A stretch of DNA of 64,000 nucleotides, taken from positions 15,609,028-15,673,027 of the forward strand of contig CM082576.2 in assembly GCA_040954595.2 (NCBI GenBank), given 5' to 3'. This DNA comes from Balanoglossus misakiensis. Lineage: Eukaryota > Animalia > Hemichordata. The position numbers and the translations under genes are program-made. The stretch's first letter is position 1. The number at the start of each line of letters is the position of its first letter. This document shows, piece by piece, positions 23,901-36,200 of this stretch. A model generated the notes under the pieces. That model saw only the letters and a program-made list of their open reading frames with translations. It had not been told where the DNA came from and did no database searches.

Positions 23901-24137
23901 ATGTACTCCAGTACTTCCGGTTAAGTTAGCATCGCAGGAATTAGCATAGCATCGCAGATCGACATAGCATAGCAGAGGAGGTCGACAGCAGATCAGATTC
24001 AGTTAGCATCGCAGGACTTAGCATAGCATCGCAGGAATTAGCATAGCAGAGGAGGAATTAGCATAGCAGAGGAGGACTTAGCATAGCAGAGGAGGCCGAC
24101 TTAGCATAGCAGAGGAGTGTCGGTATCGTCCACCGTA
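20992..24137. mobile_element. IS3EU-like non-autonomous DNA transposon (3.1 kb) with very long TIRs
   Basis: Termini TACGGTGG...CCACCGTA, perfect 6-bp TSD GTGAAC (20986-20991, 24138-24143). TIRs 20992-21511 and 23755-24137 contain ~20-bp tandem subrepeats. TAY..RTA termini with a 6-bp TSD are the IS3EU signature. Confidence 0.85.
23321..23520 (-). pseudogene. Terminal exon of a transposase remnant inside the IS3EU-like element
   Basis: ttttacag|(G)GVDCLQPIQCNIEDLDVHACSPSYVVDCQLDEYLHHIMMDDLLLPARNPLDAEALYLTLLERLTD*. This resembles the C-terminus of integrase-core IS3EU-type transposases (DCL..EY..IM....P....A..LY..L). Confidence 0.6.
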
Positions 24138-24788
24138 GTGAACACGTAACAGAAGCCCATCTGGACTGTCAACCCTCCCAAATCTGTCTATTTTCCATCG
24201 CAGATCTTCAAGCTCCAACCATTCATGTCCGTCAAATTTTGGTGAAGAATACAGAGGCTAATGGGGAAACACCCTTGATGTGATTGGACAAGCTTTCCCC
24301 ATTGGCCTCGCTTCGAGTTTAAAGTCATGACGGCTGCGCGGGGGCGCTAGACTTATGAAAAGCGATCGGTTTAGCCAAGTACAATTATACGAATGGTCCA
24401 AACAGGTTACAGAGATGAGTAATATATTCCTATACTATGTATCGCAAATATATTGTTATTTTAGCAACATCAACATTTTGAATTATAGCTCAAACGACAA
24501 ACGTCGCGGAAGTTATGGAGAAAATGACTGGCAATAAAATTACAATAAAATGGCCGAAGTTCTAATAAATCCTTTATTCTGTCGTTATAATTTTGATTAA
24601 AGGAGAAACAGAATTTATCCTAGTAACTCAAAATGTCTTCAATATGTAATAAACTTCCAAGGCCTTGATTATTGTAGATAAATTACGCGTGATATGGCAC
24701 GTTTGATAATTGCATTCTTAACTGCGTAGCTCTATGCAAACGAGTATTTAATGCCGTGTGTACAACCATTATTTTATTTCTAATGAAC

Positions 24789-24932
24789 TAGGGACTGTTC
24801 AATTTTAACCGAGGTGTGTAGGAGATTGATCATTTCTTTTCAGGCGACCCTGCCCAGCGAAAAAAATCACACCCTCCTTCCTTCCCTTTGTCAAACAAAT
24901 CTCATGGCCCTCCCCGCCACTGTTTTCCCTAG
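24789..24932. mobile_element. Degenerate Harbinger-like MITE remnant
   Basis: Starts ctagggactgttcaattttaacc and ends ttttccctag, similar in style to the 17457 element. TIR identity is poor. Confidence 0.3.
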
Positions 24933-25349
24933 TAAGTCAATAGTTCAGTAGTAAGGTGTGAGTGGCATGCATGATTTGGGTAAAGAACTACGTTAGACCA
25001 TTGTTTTATCTGATCATTATTCATGAATTAAAATAGGACAATTATACGAATGGTCCAGTATTGTAGATCATTCTTTCTTCCATATGACTGCCAGTCACCC
25101 CACGGTCACTGCATGGGTATACAACAACAATATTCTTAGCAGTTATATGTATCGTAAATATATTGATATACAGTATTATTTGTCCCATTTTTATAGTTTA
25201 TTAAGCCCGAATGTACATAATTCAACATGTTGTGGGCTTGGGTAACCTAGGTAACAGTTACACCATCAGTATTCATTCAGATGAAATGATATAAACACTC
25301 ACCACACATTCGAAATATGTACATATAAATCACACACTACACTCCACTA

Positions 25350-26869
25350 AATATATTCCATATATTTTATTCAATAAACAAACAACTTGAAGTGAAATGA
25401 ACATTGTGTATTTCTTGAAATAGGCAGTGTCTCGTGCATTGAACACAGATAAGTTTGACAAGTTGCTTTGAAAGAAAAGAACGTTTTCAACGTCTATTGT
25501 AATAACACGACCAATTAGCACCATGCACACAATATACATAGATTTGCAGTAACCATAGTAACTTGAAAATGACAGATATATTCGAAATATACAGTTATCG
25601 ATGAGAATGACCGATTAAGATGGCGGATTTCAGGCTGTAGGCAAAGAGCTTTAAAATCCATACACAGACAACATCTATTTGACTAGACTTTTCAGTGGTA
25701 GGATATTCCGAGCAATAAACAGTAAGTTCGATGAACTTGAACTCAGTTATAACACGCATGACGAAACGAAGCATCGCCTCCATTATAAATTAAAACAATG
25801 GACGAAATTTGAATGAAATTACATTTTCTAGGTTTAGCACCATAAATACCACTAAGTTTTTTTGCCCTAAAAACAGAAAAACAAAAACGTATTTTAAAAG
25901 TGTAATTGCAAAGATTTTCTTCTTAAATTTTAATACCCTGTATCAGCTGAGTGGCACAATAGTCGATGGAGACTCTCATTACCCTCCATAAAATTCACAG
26001 TGGATGACGTAAACATGGAAAATAATACATGTAATTGCCCAAAACTTCACGTTGCCAAGCCAGCAAACGAACGTCACCTCCTCCTATAGACGGGCATGCG
26101 CAGAAATGTCACGAAGATTCAATGGAAGATTTCGTTATGATTGAGAACAGAAAGAATGCAACAAAGATGAAGTAGCTAGACTAAAGACTTCAACAAACAC
26201 CGAGAAGTTAAGACTCATAAAAGGAGCAGTCCACGTCTTCGACAGAAATAAATAAATAAGTTCTTCAAATCTCAAAGAGAAGTAAAAATTTATACAGCTC
26301 GTTATCTTTAGAACTCCGCCAAGCGCGAAGAAAGTCAGAGTAAGAAATTAATAAAAACATATAGTTTTTCAAAAGTTTTAAATCCGTCAAGACTTTTCAT
26401 GAAATTGCAAAATATATAAACTTGTAACTTATAATGAATCTCAGATATATTCTGACAGAGTAGTAGTCATAATAGTACTAATATTATCAATAACAACAAC
26501 AACAACAACAATAATTATTATGTAACAATAATAATAATACAAGCTCTTGTATGCATACGTTTTGAAGTTCATAATAAATAAGAATAGCTTTTGTTTCGTT
26601 TCTTCGTTGGTTCGTAACGATAAGCCAGTAATATAATACAAAAATAAATATCTTTCCAACAGGCTGGATATCTTGGCTTTGCGGCTGTGCTCTGATTAAG
26701 TTTGTACATCCATGCGGAAACTCACAACTGACCGAGTATGGATAGTGACAGACGTTTCCCATAATGCCTTTGTATGGTACGTGACGTCATGATCGTTAAG
26801 TATTCTTTGGTTCTCCTTTTGGTTGGATTCTATACGTCATGCATCTGACGTCAGCAAGTACTGGCACGC
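25350..26869 (-). other. Thrombospondin terminal 3' UTR exon (putative)
   Basis: Donor GTGAGT 6 nt after the stop (27241), acceptor tttacag at 26870, ATTTA-rich ARE-like tract at ~26246-26259, and AATAAA on the - strand at ~25366-25371. Confidence 0.55.
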
Positions 26870-27247
26870 CTGTAAAGATCGGAAAATTTCGTTAATACTA
26901 ATTCTGCCCGCAAAATCTCAATTAAACTGTTCTGAGATGATTTGTGTACGAGTTTGTCCTAAAATCTGATGGCAGTAACATAATTTATCTCTTGTATAGA
27001 GTTACAATGTATGAGTCTCAGATAAATTCTGTAAAATTTCACCTTAATCAAAATGATTAATTGGACTTGTGTATGTTTAAGATTGGTTTGGCTACTCCGA
27101 CAAAGAAATTGGTTATATCATTTAATGGCCAATCATTGTTGGCTAATGGGTAATCCTGCAATTTAGACTTTAGGTCAGTGTGAAATTTGTGATAAATTGC
27201 ATTTCATAGTCACTTACACATTACACTACAACGGTACTCACCTGAAC

Positions 27248-30200
27248 TTATGATATACATTCATATTTCAGATCAGAGAAGAATACCATCTCTTGTGAGA
27301 ACACGAAGAGCCCGAGTCTACCGCCACTTAACGTCATGTCGTGGAGAGGCCCAGAGTCGGCCATCACCTGGCTACCTTCATACATCACAACTCTGTTGGC
27401 GCCAAACAATGATTTTATTAGTAGACACATCAAAAAAGGTTGGTCAATCAGAAAAAAAGTCATGTTTACACGATGTACACCCCCTCCGCATTCGCACACG
27501 GCTCTCGGACAGCCTGAACACGCAACTGTGGATATCTCTCCCCCTATCCAGTAGATCGTTCACATTCATTCATCCATCCATTCATTCATTCATTCATTCA
27601 TTCATTCATTCATTCATTCATTCATTCACTCACTCACTCACTCACTCACTCACTCACTCACTCACTCACTCACTCACTCACTCACTCACTCACTCAAACA
27701 AACATATAAATTAGTGAACATTTACCTTATATAGCCCGTTGATGGTACATGCGTAAGTTGCCACCTGTATGCTGTGAAGTCCTTCCAACCGATTTCATTG
27801 GGGTCTTTCCACAGTAATTTCACTTGACCGGGGGTGTCACCAGTGTGCCAGAGTGCATTACGAAGAGCCTCGCCAGGTCCTGTGGTGGAATTGACCAACT
27901 GCAAACAGACAGATGAAAATAATGTCAAGGGTTTTATGAATACGTGAGTCTTTAGCTGGAGTTGTATCAAAACAGAAAATGGACCACATCTGCTTGAAGG
28001 GGCAGTCATAAATTCCTTGGATCAAGTTTGTTTTGGGTTATAAAAGGCTTAGCCATCTTCTGTTTTCTACTATCCAAAAGAGGTAAATGTAATACATGGA
28101 CAACTTTACACCCATGTATTGGCTAGCAGAGTTGATAACGTACCTTGACTTGGAGGCCAGCATGACCAATGGACACGGTTGGTTTCTGTACGATATATGG
28201 CTGGTAGATCTGTTTCCACATGACAACGTAGAACTGACTGCTCGATTGGAAGCCGAAAACAAAACCTGCGTAGTCGTCATCCGTCTGTGTGTTCACGTAG
28301 AAAGTGCCACTGAAGTTCACGTCATCAAAACTTGTGTAACCTGTTGTGGGTGATTGAAGAGGGTATTAGACGTTTGCCTTCAAACGTGACAAAGGATGAT
28401 GACGTCAGTCTCAGAAGGTGTGCAAGGATAACCATTAATAATAAGCATGGCAAATGAATCAATGTTCAAATAACTTTCATAACCGTTTTACATTTTCGAC
28501 TGTGTTGTCTTTAACTGGCTGTGCTACATGAATTTGCTGTTTTTATTATGGATATCTGAAGTGAACTTACCGACGGCAAGGCCTGGGTCACTGTTCACTG
28601 TTTGCACGAGTTCCTTTCCTCGGTTTCTGACAATCCAATAGGGGTCGTTCTGTGCCATTCCCGATGGATCTAGATTTATGGTCTGGAACTCGGTGAAGTC
28701 AGTGTGGCGGATCCACCTGTGCTCTGGGCATGCGTCGAGTCTGTTCTCAACACCGTCGCCGTCGTAGTCATTGAAACAAGCGTCACCAACACCATCATCT
28801 GTGGCACAAGCAAGAAGAAAAGTGGGTCACTGTAAAACGCTGCTAATGAAATAAGTAATGTGTTCATGGCTTTGTATCTTTTCTGGCAAAAACAACCTTC
28901 GTTCTCAATGGAACAAAATCATGTAAATTCGTCGCTTACCATCTGAATCTGCTTGGTCCGGGTTTGCAACCAACGGACAGTTGTCCAGGTCGTCAGGGAT
29001 ACCATCATTGTCATCATCATCGTCACATGCATCGCCTGCAAGACAATCAACAGATATTAGATCTTTCTGCTTGTGACTCATTCATTCATTCATTCATTCA
29101 TTCATTCATTCATTTATGCATTCATTCATTCATTCATTCATTCATTCATTCATTCATTCATTCATTCATTCATTCATTCATTCATTCATTCATTCATTCA
29201 TTCATTCATTTCGTTTGTGTTATTTACATACTAGTAACTACTATCTGCTGCACGCTCGCATTCGGATGGTATACAAAACTTGCTTGAAATTCATTCTCTT
29301 TTCCAACCGTTTCAACTTTATACTTACCAAGACCATCTTCATCTGTGTCAAGTTGACTGGCGTTAGGAATATCCGGACAATTGTCAATGTCGTCTTGTTT
29401 TCCATCGGAGTCCTTATCCTTGTTGGTATCACACTCGTCACCCACGCCATCGTGATCGTTATCACTCTGGTCGGCGTTGGCTTCGTAAGGACAGTTATCA
29501 CAAAGGTCACCCACGCCATCTCCGTCCAAATCTATCTGGTCGACGTTGGCATGGTACTGGCAGTTGTCACGGTAGTTGGGAATGCCGTCATCGTCGATGT
29601 CGTCATCACAGGCATCGCCAAAACCGTCACCGTCGGTGTCCTTCTGATTCGGGTTGGGATCGTACACGCAGTTATCACAGACATCGCCCACCGTGTCGTA
29701 GTCGTAATCTTCCTGGTACGGGTTGGCAACCATCGGACAGTTATCCTGCAGGCGACAAAATGACATTTAATGTTAAAGCAACCTTCAACGTAAAATGTCT
29801 GGAACATAGAAAGATATAAGAAACTGACAATATTTGCATGAAAATAATGAAAAGACGCCTTGCATGACACTTTCAATGGTATTTTGAGCTATAATGTTTC
29901 TAACAGAATTTGACGGAACTTACGTAATCATCATCGTATCCATCGTTGTCACTATCTGAGTCACAGGCGTCACCAATGTTATCACCGTCCATGTCTTCTT
30001 GTCCACTGTTTGGCAGAGATGGACAATTATCCTGAAGAAAATGAAGGGTACGTCAATATCTGCCTACCTGCTTGTATATCTGTCTCTGTCTCCCTCCCTC
30101 CGCCCGCCAGCCAGCCAAGCAGCCAGCCAGCCTGCCTGCCTGTCTCTCCGTCCGTTCGTCCCTCCCTCCCTCCCTCCCTCCCTCCCCCGACTGTCCGCCA

Positions 30201-33200
30201 GCCTGCCCGCGCGCCAGCCTGCTTGCCTGTCTGACTATATATAGGTTTGTCACCATCGCCATTCAATGACCATTAATTACATTCAAATCGACTATACCTG
30301 CAAGCAATGCGTGGTTTCATCCACTTCTAGGCAGTTGAGGGAACGGTCTGGCCAGCCATCCAGATCACTGTCCAATCCGCACTCGTAACCATCGCCCGCG
30401 TAACCAGTCTTGCACTGTTGAAGTTAAATAGATTCAAAATGTTAATGATACGAACCATAGTCTATGTATGAACGAAATGTTTCAGAGGGGATCAATTCTG
30501 CGACACATGTCGGCGTTTCAATGTAGTATCCAACTTAAAATCAGACTTAAATTGTTTGATTTGTCACGTGATATACCATCACATCTACAAAACAATGTAG
30601 ACTTACCTTGCATCCAAATGGAGGTTTCGAACTTGGTCCATAATAGATACAATCAGCGTTGTCGTCACAGTTATCGGTACCATCTTCACAAGGGTTGATT
30701 GGTTTACATTCCTACGTAGAAAATAAACCACAAATAACATATTGAAGAAAATTATAATCCGAGCGTTTAATTAAAAATATATTACAGATCACTTGTAGTT
30801 CGGAAATTAGCAGCACGTGTAAACACTCTACCTGCTTATTGCCCCTAGCGTATTCGACACCGGATCCATGGGGCTGGTTGCCACGGTAACCGATAGGACA
30901 GGTCTGACAATGATAACCACCTTCGTAGTTTTCACACATGTGATTACCGCCGTACGAGAAACAGGCATCAGTCACAAGAGCACACTGAAATAGACAATAT
31001 ACATAACCAGTTAGAGATTTTAGCATTAACATTTTGGTTTGCATCCCCCCTAACACACACACAGCCACGTGCTTGACGACATGGTGAACACAGAAATTGA
31101 AATGACTTGAAGATGTTTTCTTACCTCATCAATGTCTCTACAGTCGATTCCGTTACCACTGTACCCAGTGGGGCATCGGCCGCACGTGAATGTGCCGTCA
31201 TCAAAACTTGTGCATTCGACATCCTGGAAACACGGATTGGACAAGCATGCATCTAGAAAGATATGACGACATTAGATTTGTGTTGTTGTGTTGGGTAAAC
31301 CTATACATGTATTTACTAATCATAATTATGTCAGTGTAAAATTGGAGGGGAAAATTATACAGAAAAACTCACCAATGGGACAAGCCTGTACGTTACATCT
31401 CTCGATTTGACGCTCGCGTCCCTTGCAGTCGCGACCACCGTGAGCAGGGACGGGGTTGTTGCAAATATGGCTGCGTTCCTTGGTGCCGCCATCGCACGTC
31501 AGAGAGCAGGCACTCCATGGAGACCATTCACCCCAGCCGCCATTAACTGAAACAAAGGTCGAATTTGTTTGTTAAACGTTCCAAATCAAAAGTGTGTTAC
31601 CCTTTCTCTCCAACAGAATGGACTTCTTAAAATATTTCTTTTCCCCCAATTGGCACTCGTATTTGCTTTGACAGAAAAGCTTAGTTTATTTTTCGAGCAA
31701 TTATGGTTGGCTTTGAGGACTTTTTGGGAGACGACGTGGAGGAGTGGTATCGCTTACGCTAATAAGCCACCTATTCCCAGGGAAACGACCGCAAAACAAT
31801 GAGAGTGTTCTGTCCGCAATGTACACGTAGGTAATTTGCCTCTATAAACATCCCTCCCGCGGCTGTAAGACTACACCGCTATGAAAACAACTCAAAGTGT
31901 AGTTTGAAATATGTCAAATTTTGTGATTACTACGGAGGGTTTTTGTTTTTTGCTCACCTGGGCACGGGTCTCTGCTGCACGGTCGATTTTCGCGATTCGC
32001 CCCTTCGCACTCTTCGCCTCCGTTTTGTGGCAACGGGGAATTGCAGGATCGAACGCGAGTCTCGTATCCCTCGCCACAAGTCACGCTACAAGTCCAGGGA
32101 GACCACAAACTCCAACCACCGTCCACTTTCACTACACCAAACACAGAAACAAAATCCATGTATGTTATCATTGCAACGGATTCCAAGATACGAGATCAGA
32201 TGTAACGGATGCTGTGCATCTCCTCTGAATTTGTATCTTGTCTCATAATTTTGCCCCCAAAAACTGAGTCAAACATAGACATTCCATGGTATCAAAGTCA
32301 CATATTTTAACAAACAACCGAACCAAGGCTCATGGCGCCATATTGGTTTTATCAGAAAATGGTAGGCGACGTTGATGCTTACCTTTCGTGTCACAATCCT
32401 TTTCGTAGCATACTTTGGTCTCGATGCTGCTCTCTTCGCAGGGATAGTTGACGCGATCACATGATCGTCCGCGTTGCTGAGTTCCAACTCCGCACGTCAC
32501 TGAACACGGCGTCCAATCAGACCACGCACTCCAACCATCAGCCTCATCATTGGCTGTTGAGTCGAGATATATATGAATCGTTAGAGTCTACAAATATAGT
32601 TTCTTTCCAAGTATACCGACATTTTTGGCCTTCTGCCTATACCTTTGCTTTGAGTGTGTTTCATCATACACTGACAAGCAAACTTGCGCCAAGTCTATGG
32701 ACTTAATTATGTCAAATGAATTAAATGAATTTCAGTTCAATTTGTCCCGATGACTAAAAGATGCGTGGAGGGAACGCATTGGCTGTAGGGTCATTAGGCA
32801 TAACAGTAACTGAAACTCGGCACCAAATCTACGAAAGGTAAATCGAGCAAAATCGAGAGAAGGCCAACAAATGAATAGTTAAGAATCTTTATAGACTACT
32901 TACGATTACATGTTGGGCAGCAGGTATCCGGGACCAGTACTGGCTGTTTGCATGGCAGCACTGGGCACTGTATTGTACTGCACAGAACTTTGGAATTCTG
33001 CAAGAAAGCAACAACATCACTATGTCACAAGTTTGTTTGCATTTGTTTGTCAGTCTTATTCTGTATAAATACATTTGACGTCATTGTTGAAAAGAAAATT
33101 GTCGTCTGGAATTCCCTTTCCTTTGTGTGATTGACATCATAATGTTGCATGTGCTCAATTTCATCTGCACATCAACTTGAAATTCGCCAGTCCGACATGT

Positions 33201-36200
33201 CTCCGGGTATTTTTAATTCAATCCGTTATAGTTTTGAGCTATATAAGATTAAGACGGACAGATGTCTTGTGTCGAGATAGAAAATGAGCCATCTGTTCGA
33301 ACCCACCTTGCATTCACACCGTTTGCATGAATTGACAATCCAATCTGTGTTGTTGCTGTGGAAACGACCGTCGTCATAACAGCCGCCATCCGGGGGCGCT
33401 CCAATTAATTTCTTTAGATCCTCGTTCTCTTTAGTCTGGGGGTAAAATGCAAAATGTATGATGTTATTTCTTCGACGTTGTAGAAATAACTCGGCGAAAA
33501 TTTATCTCTTGTTCACGGTCACCGTTTGCACTAAAACTTTCTTCATTACAAGGCCAAACGCCGAAATGCTACTGGTAACATCAGAGCAACATAAACATGA
33601 GTATCAATTCAAAATGCTCATATATGGACCCAGAAGTCAAGAAAACAAAGCTGATGTTTTTGAGTAAGAAGATCGTGACAATGAGCATTGACAAAATGTC
33701 CACGGTTTCTTGTCGAGGCGTGCTCTCAAAAGGGAATAAGAACTTACCACATTTCCAAATCTCATCTCGAATTCTTCGGTGATTGCTTTCAAGTGATCGA
33801 CTTCATCGATTAGATTCACTAACTGGTTGCAGGTGAATTGACACTTTCCTTCGTAGCCGTCTTCTGGAAACGTTTCAGTGACAAGACTGTTTCCTGGAGT
33901 CGGAACTGAATTCAAGAAATATACAAGAAGTATGGTGGTTACCAAGATGCAATGTCAGAAAAGGAAAATTCAATGCCCTCATCCGAGTCGGAGAGCCTTT
34001 TTAAAGAATTGGACAGTGTTCAAGCCCAGTCAGGACGATTCTTACGACTGCGCAGTCGACAGTCAAATTAGTACCAGACGACACCACCACATTCAGATCG
34101 TCGTCTGCGTTCTTATGGAAATGTGATATTCAAAGTTAGTCCGTTTGATCAGTGTTCGAATGATGGATGGATGTTTTGCAAAGGCGTCCATCTTAACCGC
34201 CCTGCATGCTAAGACTTGATTATGACAGACAACAGCCCAACACATTAAAGATGGCCATCGTTGTTTTATAAAAATAGTTCCAGGTGTGATTTTCTGAACA
34301 ATGAATGAAGGGTCTTCCTATACTGACAGGAAATAAACAGAGTCGCCGTGAATTTTGCCAGAATTCAGCGTGAAAGGGGCTCTTTATGATAACAATAATT
34401 GGTAAAAATCGACAGAAACGATGTAATAATATTGGTTTGTTGCTCCAATGAACACGTTCTAACCACAATGGAGTGAATTATATGGAATTGTGCATTACGT
34501 GCCGTTTGCAGTGTGAAGGACTCGATGGGCAAACACCTTTCCGAAGGGGCGTGTACCGCTATGACCTAACTATGTCACATTACGTGCTAGATCGATAGAG
34601 GCGAGGGATAAGCAGTTTACGTGTGACCTCGTTAAGGCTGATAATTGAAAAGGCGTGTAATCAGTTGTTTTTTTTTCGATTGCTCTTAATATCCAGGTCT
34701 CATCTTCACAAAAAGCGAGTGCGTGGGATTTATTCCGCTGGCTCGGAAATCACGTCAGCACATAAAATCGTATTGTTTCCACATTTGCTGGGTTGTGGTC
34801 AATTACTAGTACGTGAATTTTCTTGAGCTGAGGAGGCAAATGTAAATGGTTACTTCACTCTGCATTTTTTTCTGCTGCTTGTCGGCAGTGGGTGTCCCGA
34901 TCAGGTCAAGGCACCTGACGTTAACGGCGATAACTCTCACTGGACGGTACTCTTTCGATAAAATTAACGGTATCCGCAATTTCCCCTACGTGGGCGTTTT
35001 TGAACTGCTTGCGTGAGGAACTTGTCGTGGCTCAACAGTGCATGGCACTTTTCATCGCTCAGCCATGCAATAAATGTTAGCGCATAGTACAATCACCTAT
35101 TTCCCTGGTGACGTATTTCTCATTGTTAGGCTTTGATAGCCCTCAATGAAACAGAAAACCCGTGAACAAATTGAAGAATTTTCAGTTTCCATTACACTTA
35201 GCAGTTGAGTATTTAAACTCACGATGAGGGGCAATTAACGAACGAAAAAAAGAGATTTTCGAAGTTAAGTTATTGTGCATGTTATATTTCGTGTACAGTG
35301 CGTTTACAATTTAACTCAAGTGCGCCAACCGAACGAAGAAAAAACTGTCAAGTGGGACTTTTAAGGTTTAACAGTTTGGTCGTTTACTGCGTTACACGCT
35401 CCGCTGCCCTGGACGAAAACGCAGGGCTAAACATTTCCGTCTCTAAGAGGGCCCATTTCTTCATTATCAACACAATGGTTCCAGTTGAATGTCACCGCTC
35501 TGCTCTAATTGCCTCATCCTGGATTGATTCAGTTGCAACAATGATTAATTGGCAGAAAACTTGAAAGTGACTGACTTACGCGTGTCCGGGTAAAGGCAGT
35601 CATTCAAGCGATGCCCAGGGCTTGAAAAGGGGCGGTTTTTCTCCGTCGCCCGTACCGTACTTTGTACGTGTTTGCACGTATTCCCTTTTTGTCTTCTGCC
35701 TGTCTCTGTCTGTCTGCCTCTGTCTGTCTGTCTGTCTGTCTGTCTCATTCTCAACTAACAGTACTACTACACAGACGATGCATACATTCTGACGGCTCCA
35801 ATTCCAACTTTCGTCTCGGTTATCGGGATCTGTGTCTAACGCCGATGTAGGCAGTGTTACCCAAGTAGGACTCGCTCAATAGGAACACTTTTCGTTAACA
35901 AAAGACCGATTAGTTTTTTTTGCAAAATAAAATCGCTTTTAGCATAACGATAGTGTGAAAAATAAACCCCACTGTACACCCAGGACTGTGTTCAAATTCC
36001 TAATTTGCGTAAATTGACGCCCGGTCTCAGCTGAGGATCAGACAGACCTTCATGGTCACATTTCCATTTGGCAAGTCTGGATCAATTTGTACAGAGCGTT
36101 GGTGGGTTTTGATTGCCGTTTGAGTTGACTCCATTTGTTGCAATTCGCCGTAGTAGGTTGTCATAGCAACTACAGGCAAATAATCATGACTTCACTCAGA

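Noticed and set aside
29116-29763. 215-aa + strand ORF (also 27250-27714)
   Set aside because: Antisense to thrombospondin exons and extended by microsatellites.
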